From positions 11,842,001-11,906,000 of the forward strand of contig OX597825.1 of the NCBI GenBank assembly GCA_951406725.2: a stretch of DNA of 64,000 nucleotides, written 5' to 3'. Shown piece after piece: positions 12,020-24,841 of the stretch. Source of the stretch: Octopus vulgaris. Lineage: Eukaryota. The translations under genes were made by a program, and so were the position numbers. Positions within the stretch are counted from its first letter, which is position 1. Every line of letters begins with the position of its first letter. The notes beneath the pieces were generated by a model that did no database searches, was not told the origin of the DNA, and saw only the letters and a list, made by a program, of their open reading frames with translations.

Positions 12020-12718
12020 GATATATATCTATATGTATATATATTACATTTGAAATGAGACATCTCCATAGAGATAATGGTTTAATGTGAACATGAAGAT
12101 GTGCTTCAAAAAGACACAACTTCGATTAAAATTACACACACACATATACACATGTATATATATATATATGCATGTATATATATGTGTGTGTGTGTGTGTA
12201 TATCTATATGTGCGTATGTGTTTATATATGCATAAGACACAACTTAAAATTCCATACACACAGGCATACATACATACATAAAATACATACATATATACAT
12301 ACGTACATACATACCTATATACATACATGACTTCATAGAATTTTCTCAGTACAAATGAAGTGGATGAAGAAAGAATTCTTCGTATTTGAGTACATCATTG
12401 AATTTAGGAGGAAAGTTGTAAATTATCGTCTAGAAACATTTTGTAAAGCAAACACTCTCGAAAAATATCCACAGCAGATTCCTTATCTTCGAAAATATTT
12501 GACGCTTTTACACGAACTTATTCAACCAGCACATATATATATACATATTAAAAGACTGTAATGCCATATATATATATATATATTTGTGTGTGTGTATGTG
12601 TGTGTGTGCGTGTGCGTGTATGCGTGTATGTGTGTTTGTGTATGTGTATGTGTCTGTGTATGTTCGCCTGCATGTAGGTATATAATTGCGTATATCTATA
12701 TATTTGTGTAAATATCCG

Positions 12719-12800
<82 letters not shown>

Positions 12801-12843
12801 TGTATTTATATATCTATCTATCTATCTATATATATATATATAC

Positions 12844-12889
<46 letters not shown>

Positions 12890-14050
12890 GCATCTGTGTG
12901 TGTTTGTATGTGTACTATGAGTTGTGCGTGGTGTGGTATATAGATATATATCTGTAATTCTCTGTTTGTAAATATATATGTATATAACTATATACTTATA
13001 CATATATGCATATGTATGTATATGTATATTTATATATGTATAAATGTATGTATGTATGTATATATATGTATATATATATATGAATATATGCATTTGTGTA
13101 TATATATATATATCTATGTGTGCTTATATAGTTGCATATATGCATATATTTGTGTAAATATCCGCTCACATACTTATATAAACATATATGTGTGTGAGTG
13201 CGTTTGTTTGTCTGTCTGTGTGTCTGTGTGTGCGTATTTGTGTTTGTGTGTGCATTGCTTCTCTATAAAACCTATTTCTTGCAGTTTACAAAGGTTTCAA
13301 GGGATGTGACAAAGCGATCCGTACACTATAGCAAGATAACGCTCAAATGGAAGGGACAATGGACATCTGTCCATTAAAAAGGAAACATTAATTCAGAAAT
13401 TTCTGTCAGATCATTCAGAGATTTTTGCATGCCATTCATTTAATGATGGAATTGAATTATTGGAGTTGAATCGGATAATCCCCGCTTGTTAATGAATGTA
13501 TTCAATACGAAATCGAATTCCTGGTTGTTTACCGCTCAGGTATAACATTTTGTCCTTTCTAAATCAAAGACATAAACACTGCCCTTTCGATTCTTTTCAA
13601 AAGCATTGAACGATCCCTTAGGCAGTTTTAATAACGTATCATCTGAGCATTCTATCATATTACGTATCGCGCTTGCACCACTGTAAATAACATAATGGAA
13701 AACTAATATACAAAGATTACATGAAGGCGAAATGAAGCAGAATCGTTAATGCTAACGTTACCTTAAAGAATAGAGAGCCTAACTTAATTTAATATGCACG
13801 GGATGTGATATAGAGAAATGCCCGAGATGTATATCGATAGAATTGCAACAAAGGGTATTACGCGAAAAGCTAAAGATATTTGAAACGTTCACACGCGTAC
13901 GCATAACTAGGCACACACGCACATACACATACACGCCTATGTATGTGTATATGTATGTGTATATGTATGTGTGTATGTACATACATACACACATACACGC
14001 CTATGTATTTATAACTATACATATATATATATATGTATGTATATGTATAC

Positions 14051-14113
<63 letters not shown>

Positions 14114-14209
14114 TGTATGCATGTATATATTGCACTTTTATACGACCATGCGCTTAGATGCGCAGATGTATACACCCACACACGTATATTCATATTCAAC
14201 GCACACAGT

Positions 14210-14285
<76 letters not shown>

Positions 14286-14503
14286 TCATATATGAGTATG
14301 TATAATTTAGGGACGAACAGACAGATATAGAAAATTATATGCATCAATCAGGACAGTTGAAATGCCTTCGAGATAGAGTGAAGTATGATACATTAGCAAC
14401 ACGGAGACTATATAGAGACAAAAGTGTGTCTAGGCAGATGCATATGAACACAGAAATCCCTTTAAATGGCGATATTATTATTATTATTATTAGAGAATGT
14501 AAA

Positions 14504-15081
14504 GGCGGCGAGCTGGCAGAAACGTTAGCACGCCGGGCGAAATGCGTAGCCGTATTTCATCTGCCGTTACGTTCTGAGTTCAAATTCCGCCGAGGTCGAC
14601 TTTGCCTTTCATCTTTTCGGGGTCGATTAAATAAGTACCAGTTACACACTGGGGTCGATGTAATTGACTTAATCCGCTTGTCAGTCATGGTTTGTCCACT
14701 CTATGTTTTGCCCCTTGTGGGTAGTAAAGAAATAGGTGTTTCGTCTGCCATTACGTTCTCAGTTCAGATTCCGCCGAGGTCGACTTTGCCTTTCATCCTT
14801 TCGGGGTCGATTAAATAAGTACTAGTTACACACTGGGGTCGATGTAATCGATTTAATCCGCTTGTCTGTCATGATTTGTCCCCTCTGTGCTTAGCCCCTT
14901 GTGGGTAATAAAGAAATAGGTATTTCGTCTGCCATTACGTTCTGAGTTCAAATTCCGCCGAGGTATACTTTGGCTTTCATTGTTTCGGAGTCGATAAATG
15001 AAGTACCAGTTGCGTACTGGGGTGGATGTAATTGACTGGCCTCCTCCCCCAAAATTTTCGGGCCTGTGCCTCGAGTAGAAA
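14504..15081 (+). mobile_element. tRNA-derived SINE with Nin/Deu-like core and three internal 184-bp tandem units (family N)
   Basis: Head GGCGGCGAGCTGGCAGAA, B box GAGTTCAAATTCC, core GACTTTGCCTTTCATCCTTTCGGGGTCGAT. Units start at 14552, 14736 and 14920. Candidate TSD TTATTAGAGA(T)ATGTAA at 14487-14502 and 15085-15101. Confidence 0.9.
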
Positions 15082-15692
15082 ATTTTATTAGAGATATGTA
15101 ACTATAAAGAATAGTTGTCAAAATGAATCTATGCGGTTGTACTCTCTCTCTCTCACTCTATCTTACCTTTCTTGTCTTATACCTTCCCCTTACTACCTGT
15201 CTCTCATTCTATCCTGCAGCCTCTCTCTCTCTTTCTCCTTTCATGGCATATGCTCCTGCTGATATTCAACATTTGTATCTATTAGACAAATATTCTATTT
15301 TCTAATCATTATATTCCATGTTCCTTTTACCTTTGATTATATTCCTTATTTGCTTGTCCTTGCTTTTCGTTGTCACTCTTATTTCTCGCCGTGTTTGCTC
15401 CTAAGACATGTCTTTGCTTGTGCGTGCCCTGTCGCATTCCTAATGACGGACATCAAATTTTCTGTTACAATCGTCGACATCTTAGTGACTTTAAATGAAA
15501 GCTGGATGATGAAATGGCTTGATCCGTGTTTGTATTTTTCCTCTCCGTTTGTACCCTCTGACACGCGTATAAATCTTTTAAAGATATAAACGCGCGTCAG
15601 TATATTATATTGTACGTACGCACACATTTACATACGCAAGTACACACAGGTATAAACAAACACAACCACACAAACACACAAACACACACACA

Positions 15693-15729
<37 letters not shown>

Positions 15730-16693
15730 ACAGAGAGAGAGAAGGACACAGAGAGATAGACAGACAAGAACACACACACACAAACACACTCAAACACACA
15801 CACACACACACAAATGGAAAATACAAAAGAATCAGAACATTTCCGACTTGTTTCATTTGCTCTGTTCCACAGAGCAAATGACTAACGCTGCAGTATTGTG
15901 AACTCAATAGAAATCAATCAATTAATTGTAGTTATTAAATTAATTTAGATGAATTTGATGTGGAAATAATTTCATCAGACTCATTTTGAAATATGAAAAT
16001 CAATTCACCGTTGATGTTTTAAATAAAACGTACAAAGGTAATATAAAAAGAAATACAAGTATAACAGAAAACATTATATGTACACCGTAAAAATTTACGG
16101 TTATAAAACAGTTACTGAACATTCACAGAAAAGATGTCTGCGAAAATATACATTACTGTATGAAAGAGAACGGGAAAAATTAAGGAGGGAGAGGGCGACG
16201 GACAAGAAATCTATGAAAGTAATGTTTAATTAATAACATAAAATATGCCTTTTATCAAATACAGTTTACTTGTTTCAGTCATTGCACTTCGACCATACTA
16301 AGGTACATTCGGCACATGCTGAGGAATCTTGAAAGGTCCCGTCGAAAAATTGTGTCCAGTAAATTTATCTTTTAAAAATCTGGTACTTATACTATCGGAC
16401 ATTTTTTTTTACAAACCGGCCATTTTTTTTACAAACCGCGAAATTAGGATACGTAAATAAATTAACTAACGACATAGAACATTCTAAAGGCTTCTTCTCT
16501 GCGTTAGGATGTTTATATCACAAGTCTGCAATTTAAGGTGCGACACATAACACGATAATCTGCTTCCGCTTCACGATGAGCCATAACATTTTCGCGTTAA
16601 CATATGTGATGTTCAGAACATGATTATATAAGTTTGTATGACTTTCGAAGCAAGTTTACTGATATTAACAGCCATGAAAGTGAAGATATGCTT

Positions 16694-16926
16694 TTAACTC
16701 TTTCGCATATGAGCATGCCATTTCCGGCCCCAATATTCTGCCAGTTTTATACTCAAAGCAGTCAAATCCTTAAATCTCACACAGCTCTGAAAATGTAATT
16801 GTAAAACTAAACAATCACAAAGCAATCAAAATATCTCGAAGTTATGAAATAATGTATGATTAATTCAAACAATGCGAATAAATAAACATGACATTTGACA
16901 GAGTAAGCTGAATGCTAACGGTTTAA
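16694..16926. mobile_element. Old piggyBac-like MITE
   Basis: Ends TTAACTCTTTCGCAT and ATGCTAACGGTTTAA form imperfect terminal inverted repeats (11/15) bounded by TTAA. Confidence 0.5.
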
Positions 16927-17087
16927 AATCTAACCAATGTACAATGACGAGGTCTCTGATACAACTAGGTGACTCGCTAGTTCTCTGTTTTGTTTAAAAG
17001 CAGAGTTGTTTTGATGAGTGTTATGAATACATTAATTAAGTCCAAATACCAGGCTATTCTTCTTATTATATATACAAACGAACATAA

Positions 17088-17311
17088 GGCGGCGTGCTGG
17101 CAGAAAGGTTAGCACGCCGGGCGAAATGCGTAGCCTTATTTCGTCTGCCGTTACGTTCTGAGTTCAAATTCCACCGAGGTCGACTTTGCTTTTCATCCTT
17201 TCGGGGTCGATAAATTAAGTACGAGTTACGCCCTGGGGTCGATATAATCGACTTAATCCGTTTGTCTGTCCTTGTTTGTCCCCTCTGTGTTTAGCCCCTT
17301 GTGGGTACTAA

Positions 17312-17313
<2 letters not shown>
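17088..17313 (+). mobile_element. Family N SINE with a single unit
   Basis: Closely matches 14504-14730. Candidate TSD AAACGAA(C/T)AT at 17076-17085 and 17352-17361, spanning a (TA)n tail. Confidence 0.9.
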
Positions 17314-17355
<42 letters not shown>

Positions 17356-17359
17356 GAAT

Positions 17360-17760
17360 ATGACTTGTAAATGACTTTTCTCAAGGAATCGAGTTCTATA
17401 AGTGCGAAATAACATACAAAACAAGCAAATACTTACGATACGACTGAAAAACAAAGCAAATATTATCTTTTAAATGAAGTCACTCAAAGAAACAAAAGTA
17501 TTTACACTTGTAACTGAATTTATATGATATTTAATGTAATATTTAAAAGGAAAATGAAATCGTCTGGAAGACATGGAAATGTTATGATGTTATAAGATTT
17601 ATTTATACAGAAATACATTTCTAAAAGAAGATTTCATGTATTCCGGGAAAGAATAGTAAATATTTGAAAGTCAAAGCTTATGTGTAAAAGAAAATGACCG
17701 AGTTAAACTATGAGACTTGTATACGAAAAACAAAGAAGAACATCACTGTAGAATACTTTA
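17360..17760 (+). mobile_element. Decayed Penelope-like GIY-YIG endonuclease remnant
   Basis: FYKCEIT at 17394 and NEIVWK at 17553, in the order expected for the PLE endonuclease (VYKCxV...IxWxI). Many stops. Confidence 0.35.
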
Positions 17761-18773
17761 CAGTGATCTATAGAAATCTGATCTTATCATAATTAATTAT
17801 AATATGTAAAACAACGCACTTACGGTCTGAAAAATGAAAATTTCGATGATGAAGAGATCTAGAAATATAAAGAAATAACAAAAAAGAGAAAAAACGAAGC
17901 GAAAGAAAATAATAGCCGTCCGGCAAATAAACAAATGCTGTAGTTCATGAATATTTTCCATCATAATTTCTAATACAGTCAAAGGTCAATAGTGTAAACC
18001 GCTGATAGCTATTTAATCTCGCACAGTGTGATGTAAAGTTGAGTTAAACCAGGTGGAGTTTGAACAAAATAGAACTGTGTGTATTATAAAAATGAATTCA
18101 CTGTATATGTTCTTTTTCTAAAAGTTGGTAAACGTGATTTCCTCTGTTGTGATTCAAATTGTTTTAAGCATAGAATTCAAATACTATTTACCGAATAATT
18201 GAAGAAGGATGTAGGTGTTAATTTTCTCAGCTATTCGTAAACAGCTAGCGAGATAACATTAGAATCTACAAATGTTAATGAAAGTATGAACCGAATAATA
18301 GAGGGTCTGATAAAATGTACTTCAAAATTGCTTTAGAATTGGTATACACCAGGATGAATTATATGTACAGCTCACAATGGCGGAGAAAACGATGAAGATT
18401 CTGTTATTTGACAAATACATTATCGTGCTGGCTAAGGAGAATGAATACTTCGCTAATTAATGAACACAAATATCCATAAATTAACTCAATGCATTTTATT
18501 CGACACTCTAATCATTTACTCATTCCATCAGTAATGTAAAACCTATGTCGGGCAACTCCCTATATACGTGTTTGTATATTCATATCCACATGTATTTGTA
18601 TATACATAATATACGTATAGCCCAGCAGTCATAAGATTGCTTGCTAATGAGTGATAGCCACCAGAGCTACATAAAACTAGGAACAATCAAGCAATTGACG
18701 GAACAACAGGCTTATCTCCAATGCATGGAATTGTTGGTAGCTTGTAACTGTATACTGGCTACATTAAATAATA

Positions 18774-18825
<52 letters not shown>

Positions 18826-18829
18826 CGTG

Positions 18830-18863
<34 letters not shown>

Positions 18864-18905
18864 CGTGTGTGTGTGTGAGAGTACGTGTGTGTGTGTGTGT
18901 GAGAT

Positions 18906-19015
18906 ATTTGGCTTAGTGGTTAGGGTATTGCATTCGTGATTGCGAGAATTCTGTTTCGATTCCCAGAAACGGCCTTGCATTCTTTCCTTCAGCAAAACAA
19001 CTCATTTCGTGTTGT
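18906..19015 (+). mobile_element. Truncated tRNA-derived SINE head
   Basis: TGGCTTAGTGG A box and GTTTCGATTCCC B box. Confidence 0.6.
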
Positions 19016-20468
19016 TGTGCGTCATCTAAGACATGGTATGTCGTAATATGAGTGAGTGAGCTTATGTGAATTTAAAAAAAATATTTCCATACAAGTAATT
19101 TATAAGTAAATTTATATAATGTCCGTAAAGTTTATCAGATTTTCCAAAATGTTTCGGTTTAGTCTTCGTCATGAAAAAATAGATGTGGCCTATTCTTCCT
19201 GTGCCAGGTAGTATGAAATCGATGATCAATGAAATAATATCCTAAGTGATAAAATTGCAGTTTACAGATTGAATATCCTGTAAAAATGAATGCGCCCCCC
19301 CCCGTAGTGTATCGCATATATTTCAGCCTTTTTATTTTGCCATCGATACCTCTTTCATATCTAAATTATTATGTGTATATTCTATATAGAATGGTAGGGT
19401 TAAAAATTAATGTTTTTCAATATAATTTGGTTTGAAGCACTGGTGTATACCGTGATGTATGTATGAGGATGCCTTGATATTAATGCATGGTTAACCAACG
19501 ATAAAGTGCCGTAGTAATGTATTAAATATAACTCATCGCATAATGTCATACAAAATTTCATCTTTATGGAGAAATGCGCACGGTACATTTATTTGCATTA
19601 TATTCTAAGCATTTACAATTTGGTTACGTGCTCATGATCAGGTTTATAATTCGGATGTGTTATAAATACCTCTAAATACACAGACACACAGTTCACACAT
19701 ACAGATGCACACAGACACACAAACACACAAATGCTCACGCGTGATATATGCATACATATGTATATATGTATGCCACACCCCAGAATTCTAGATATTCAGT
19801 AATTATTTATTGCCTCCTATCTCAATACTCTTTATTCTTTCTGTTCTTTAGAATTCTGACGAATTTCCAGCAAAGAAAACTCTCTGACTTTCTGAGTAGT
19901 ACCCTGAGCTATTGTCTACTTTACCTTTTCTAGTAAACGTTCTCTGAATTGAATTCTTTAGTGCTATTTTTATGTAAAAATAAAAAAGAAGCAGTGTGCT
20001 CTCACCTGGTCTTACAGAAACACAGTTTAGTTGACTCTTGTTCTGAGTGTGCATTTGCCTGCCGGTTATTTATCCCATACTTCTACTCCATCACGAGGAG
20101 AGGATATTTTACCGTCTAAATTAGATAAATACAACATACATATATTGTGTCGCAAACGACATATTCCAGGCAGGTGTAAAAAAATATTTATATGACCAAA
20201 AAACAGAATACATGTTAATTTAATAGGTTGTTTTAATTCATAACAAAACTTGACATCTCTCTACTACTTTCTATGGTAGGTGAAGGTAAATATAACAAAC
20301 AACCTTAATCATCAAAAGAATATTGTTAAAACAAAAGTGACTTAAATATCGATGTCAAGAAATATTGCACCCAAAACTATGTTATTCCGTCTTTTAGAGA
20401 CGTTGATGATGGCGTATGATTGTATACATACATAAATACATACGTACATAGACAAATATATGAATATG

Positions 20469-20564
<96 letters not shown>

Positions 20565-20567
<3 letters not shown>

Positions 20568-20637
20568 TACAGCCTCGGGCCGACCACAGTCTTGTGAGTG
20601 GATTTTGTAGACGTATGTATGTATGTATGTATGTATG

Positions 20638-20681
<44 letters not shown>

Positions 20682-20752
20682 CATACATACATACATACAT
20701 ACGTCATACATACGTCACAGTCTTGTGAGTGGATTTTGTAGACGTATGTATG

Positions 20753-20811
<59 letters not shown>

Positions 20812-20960
20812 CATACATACATACATACATACGTCTACAAAATCCACTCACATGACTGTGGTCGGCCCGAGGCTGTAGTAGAAGACACTTGCCCAAGGTG
20901 CCGCGCAGTCGGACTGAACCCGGAACCATGTGGTTGGTAAGCAAGCTACTTACCACACAG
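20565..20960 (-). mobile_element. 5' half of a family K SINE with a local inverted duplication
   Basis: 20831-20960 matches the family K head and core on the minus strand. 20565-20614 is the reverse complement of 20831-20880 (49/50). A third partial copy lies at 20716-20745. Confidence 0.85.
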
Positions 20961-21210
20961 TTGACTTATGAAAGTTATATTGCTACACACCTTTCTACAG
21001 CATGTATATATGTTTATGTTACAATGTTTATGTTACAAGATTGGCAAGCAGTATAAATATTATTTCCACATAAAATTGATTTGACCTCTCATGTCTACAT
21101 GGCTTCCTAAAATATAAAAAAGAAGTAGTTGCGCATGCGTCACTTTTAAGCTGCGGTGTGTGTGAATTTCTCTGAATTTTTACGAACTCTGTGTTTCACA
21201 GAGTTTTGTC

Positions 21211-21287
21211 CACTACTAGAACGCATAACCTTTGGGTGCACTACTAGAATGCGTAACCTTTGGGTGCACTACTAGAATGCGTAACCC
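21211..21287. repeat. 28-bp minisatellite, about 2.7 copies
   Basis: CACTACTAGAAYGCRTAACCTTTGGGTG units start at 21211, 21239 and 21267. Confidence 0.9.
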
Positions 21288-21754
21288 TTCAGCTTCTTAC
21301 AACTTTCACAGTCTCTGGGATCGTTTCCATGTACTGGATCTACGTCTATATGTAGGAGATGGGGCTATCCTCTGTATACTGTTTCAGCGATTATTCATCC
21401 ATTTTGACGTAGAAAAACAATCAAATTACCAATGGGTTGCGTAAAATCTATTCAATCTATTCGGGTTTAGTGAAATCCGGAGCTCGGGTGGCAGTGGTGT
21501 CTCGCTATGAATGGGGTTAAGAATACATACGAGGAGTAACGCACCAGAAGGATGTATACAAGGTTTTCATGCCATCACAATAATCGTTATTCTCGTAAGC
21601 ATTAATATCACATTCCTTATCAATCACATTAATCATCATCTGTGTTTTCCTCATCAAATCTATCAAAATGATGATCATCGTTATTGCCATGAGTGTCACC
21701 AACAAAATCAGCAAGGCCATTATTGTTGCCGTTGTCTTTCTCCTCTATCGTCTC

Positions 21755-22106
21755 GGCTCTCCTCCTCCTCCTCATCCTCCTCCTCCTCCTCCTCCTCCTC
21801 CTCCTCCTTCTCTTCCTCCTCCTTCCATTCTACCTCCTCCACCCCTCCTCCTCCTCCTCCATCATCCTCCTCATCATCATCATCCTCATCATCACATCGT
21901 CACCATCGTCGTCTTTGTCGTCAGATTCATCATCACCATCACAAACAACACCACCACCCTCACCACTACCATCATCACCACAACCAGCACCACCACCACC
22001 ACCGACTCCAGCATCACAAGCTCCATCAGCAGCAGCAGCAGCTGAACCACCACCACCATCATCATCATCCTCACTACCACCACCACCATCATCAACATTA
22101 TCAACG

Positions 22107-22148
<42 letters not shown>

Positions 22149-22539
22149 CCATCACCATCATCATCACCACCACAACCACCACTACTACCATCATCATCAT
22201 CATTATCATCACCACCACCACCACTACTACATCATCAACGTTATCCTCATCAGCATCATCATCATCATCATCATCACCACCACCACCACCATCATCATCA
22301 ACATTATAATCACCATCAACATCATCACCACCACAACCACCACTACCACCATCATCATCACCACCACCACCACTACCATCATCAACATTATCCTCATCAC
22401 CATCAACATCATCACTACCACCATCATCATCACCACCACCACCACTACCATCATCAACATTATCCTCATCAGCATCATCATCATCATCATCATCAACACC
22501 ACCATCATCAGCATGATCATCATCATCATCACCACCACC

Positions 22540-22571
<32 letters not shown>

Positions 22572-22590
22572 CAACACCATCACCATCATA
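21755..22590. repeat. Compound trinucleotide array (CCT)n/(CAT)n/(CAC)n/(CAA)n with higher-order units
   Basis: Directly visible. CATCATCAACATTATCCTCATCA recurs several times between 22230 and 22475. Confidence 0.95.
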
Positions 22591-22945
22591 ACAATCGGAT
22601 GAGATAAAATTGGTGAAATTGTTCTTCTTGCCAGCAATAGATGTGAATCGCAATGGAACTCCTTCTCGTCGGAAGAATTAAATGACATAATGCTGACAGA
22701 CGTTAAACGAATTGGTTAATATTATTGCATAACTAATTGTGGGTGTCGTTTATTATACAACTATTGATATTGAAATTCCTTCATTATCTCTTCATTTGTT
22801 TATCAATATAAACTGTCGTCAAACACTTATAGGAAGAGAGAGAAATCGACAGCTATCGAATTATCCGATATATATAGAAGTGTATGTGTGTGTTCTTGTG
22901 CGTGTGTGCATGTGAGGGTGCACATATATATGTGTGTATACGCAT

Positions 22946-22976
<31 letters not shown>

Positions 22977-23177
22977 CGCATACATACACTTGGAAATTGA
23001 TGAGTAGCGTTCAATCATATAATAAGTAATATGTATATATATATATATATGTATGTATATATCATATATATGTATATATATCTATACATATATGTACATA
23101 TATATATATATATACATATATGTACATATATATATATATGTATATATACATCATATATATGTATATATATCTATACA

Positions 23178-23230
<53 letters not shown>

Positions 23231-23234
<4 letters not shown>

Positions 23235-24270
23235 CATCATGATGACATCATGATGACATTAATGACATCATCAAGCACAGCAACATAAAAATCTTTGCAG
23301 ATGATTCCAAGCTACAGAAGGTCATAAATGAGGCGAGTGACCGGACATGCCTTCAGTCAGATCTACTGGCTGTTATCCAATGGGCAGAAAAAAACAATAT
23401 GCTGCTGAACGAGGATAAATTTGAGTTAATCCACTTTGGAAAAGAGGATGCCCTGAAACTCCCATACTCCCTTCCTTCAGGTGAAACTCTCGCGGCGTCC
23501 AACAACATCAGAGACTTGGGAGTAATTGTGGACAACAACATAAGCTGGGCCACTCATATAAACACCAAAGTTGACATGGCCCGCAGAATGTGTTCCTGGA
23601 TTCTCAGAACTTTCCAGTCGAGAGATATCTACACCATTATCCTTCTCTTCTCCACTTTTGCCCGACCCCACCTTGAATACTGTTGTCCACTGTGGTCTCC
23701 CCACACAATAAAAGGTATCATAAAAGTTGAAGCACCTCAAAGGGCAATCACAAAAAAGATAGATGGCATGACAGGCCTCGACTATTGGGGTCGACTAGAA
23801 AAGCTTAAACTTTATTCTCTCCAACGTCGTCGTGAGCGCTACATCATCTGCATGATGTGGAAAATATTCCATCAGCATTTCCCAAATGATGTTGGCATCA
23901 CCTTTAAGGTACATCCAAGGCTTGGGCCCCGTGCCATCCGCCCAAAACAAATATCGCACTCTCATCTCATAACAACAATACGGCACAATTATTTCACCTC
24001 AATTGGCCCCGCTCTCTTTAACATTACACCAAAACACATTAAAACAGAAACTGACCCTATAGGGTTCAAGAAGTCTCTGGACAGATTCCTTCAAGAAATC
24101 CCGGATAAACCCCCTACACCCGGATATGTCTCTGTAAACAATAACTCTCTACTTGAGTGGGCCATAGTGCCTAAATTCTGACTTGAAAGACTTCACCAGG
24201 TGGTGCTATTAAGTTAGACATGGCCTGGGCCAATAATGGCCGAAACCTATCAAAGTATCAAAGTATCAAA

Positions 24271-24271
<1 letters not shown>
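23231..24271 (+). mobile_element. 5'-truncated CR1/L2-group LINE inserted in (TA)n, with (TATCAAAG)3 tail
   Basis: RT C-terminal ORF, short 3' UTR with a hairpin, 8-bp tandem tail at 24248-24271, (TA)n on both sides. Confidence 0.9.
23252..24181 (+). CDS. Partial LINE ORF2 (RT catalytic FADD motif and C-terminal region), 310 uninterrupted codons including the stop
   Basis: DDINDIIKHSNIKIFADDSKL...LQSDLLAVIQWAEKNNMLLNEDKFELIHFG...RDLGVIVD...RPHLEYCCPLWSPH...LYSLQRRRERY. The frame extends upstream of the ATG called at 23399. Confidence 0.9.
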   Translation, partial: DDINDIIKHSNIKIFADDSKLQKVINEASDRTCLQSDLLAVIQWAEKNNMLLNEDKFELIHFGKEDALKLPYSLPSGETLAASNNIRDLGVIVDNNISWATHINTKVDMARRMCSWILRTFQSRDIYTIILLFSTFARPHLEYCCPLWSPHTIKGIIKVEAPQRAITKKIDGMTGLDYWGRLEKLKLYSLQRRRERYIICMMWKIFHQHFPNDVGITFKVHPRLGPRAIRPKQISHSHLITTIRHNYFTSIGPALFNITPKHIKTETDPIGFKKSLDRFLQEIPDKPPTPGYVSVNNNSLLEWAIVPKF

Positions 24272-24313
<42 letters not shown>

Positions 24314-24317
<4 letters not shown>

Positions 24318-24510
24318 TAATCCTAACATGAAAACACAACAACGCGAGGACGTGGAACAAATATAGTATTATTGGACGCACAGGAACGAAGGGAAGAAAG
24401 AGGGTATTACGTTTCCAGCGGAGCTCTTCGTCAGAAACATAGGAAAGGAAAAGATCCAGAGAAGGGAAGACGGAAGAAAAAAATCGCCAAGGGTACACAC
24501 GCTGTCACAT
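24314..24510 (-). mobile_element. Penelope pLTR-like repeat (family P) with hammerhead motif at 24438-24404
   Basis: Minus strand GTTT-CTGACGA-A-GAGC-TCC-GCTG-GAAAC-GTA-ATAC. Homologous to 52007-52212. Confidence 0.7.
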
Positions 24511-24539
24511 TTTGAATGACCGGAAGGAAATATATACAA

Positions 24540-24702
24540 AGACCACAGCTCTTTAACATCCTCCCTAAATGCCTGAGAGACTTACACGGTGTGGATGTGG
24601 GTTTCTTTAAAACTAAACTGGATCTCTTCTTGTAGCTCATTCAGTGGTGGTGCCCCAGCATGGCCGCGGCCTTCGGGCTAAAACATTTTTAAGGATTTAA
24701 GG

Positions 24703-24703
<1 letters not shown>
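24540..24703 (+). mobile_element. Short 3' fragment of a second CR1/L2-group LINE with (TTTAAGGA)2 tail
   Basis: RPQLFNILPKCLRDLHGVDVGFFKTKLDLFL* (24540-24635) aligns with GPALFNITPKHIKTETDPIGFKKSLDRFL of the upstream LINE, and the 3' UTRs are related. Confidence 0.8.
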
Positions 24704-24733
<30 letters not shown>

Positions 24734-24808
24734 TATATATATGTATATATATATATATAGATGTATATAAATATATATGCATAATATATATGTATATATA
24801 TATAGATG

Positions 24809-24841
<33 letters not shown>

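Noticed and set aside
19148-19172. Minus-strand ATGACGA-A-GAC-TAA-ACC-GAAAC hammerhead-like string
   Set aside because: C3 is lost, helix II is mismatched, and helices I and III are absent; could be chance.
21211-21287. 28-bp direct repeats as a CRISPR-like array
   Set aside because: The units are contiguous with no spacers, the context is eukaryotic, and there are no cas genes.
21511-22688. Long ORFs (363, 304, 253 aa) rich in His/Ser/Pro/Ile
   Set aside because: They are open in several frames on both strands because the region is a stop-free trinucleotide array; no domain or splice support.
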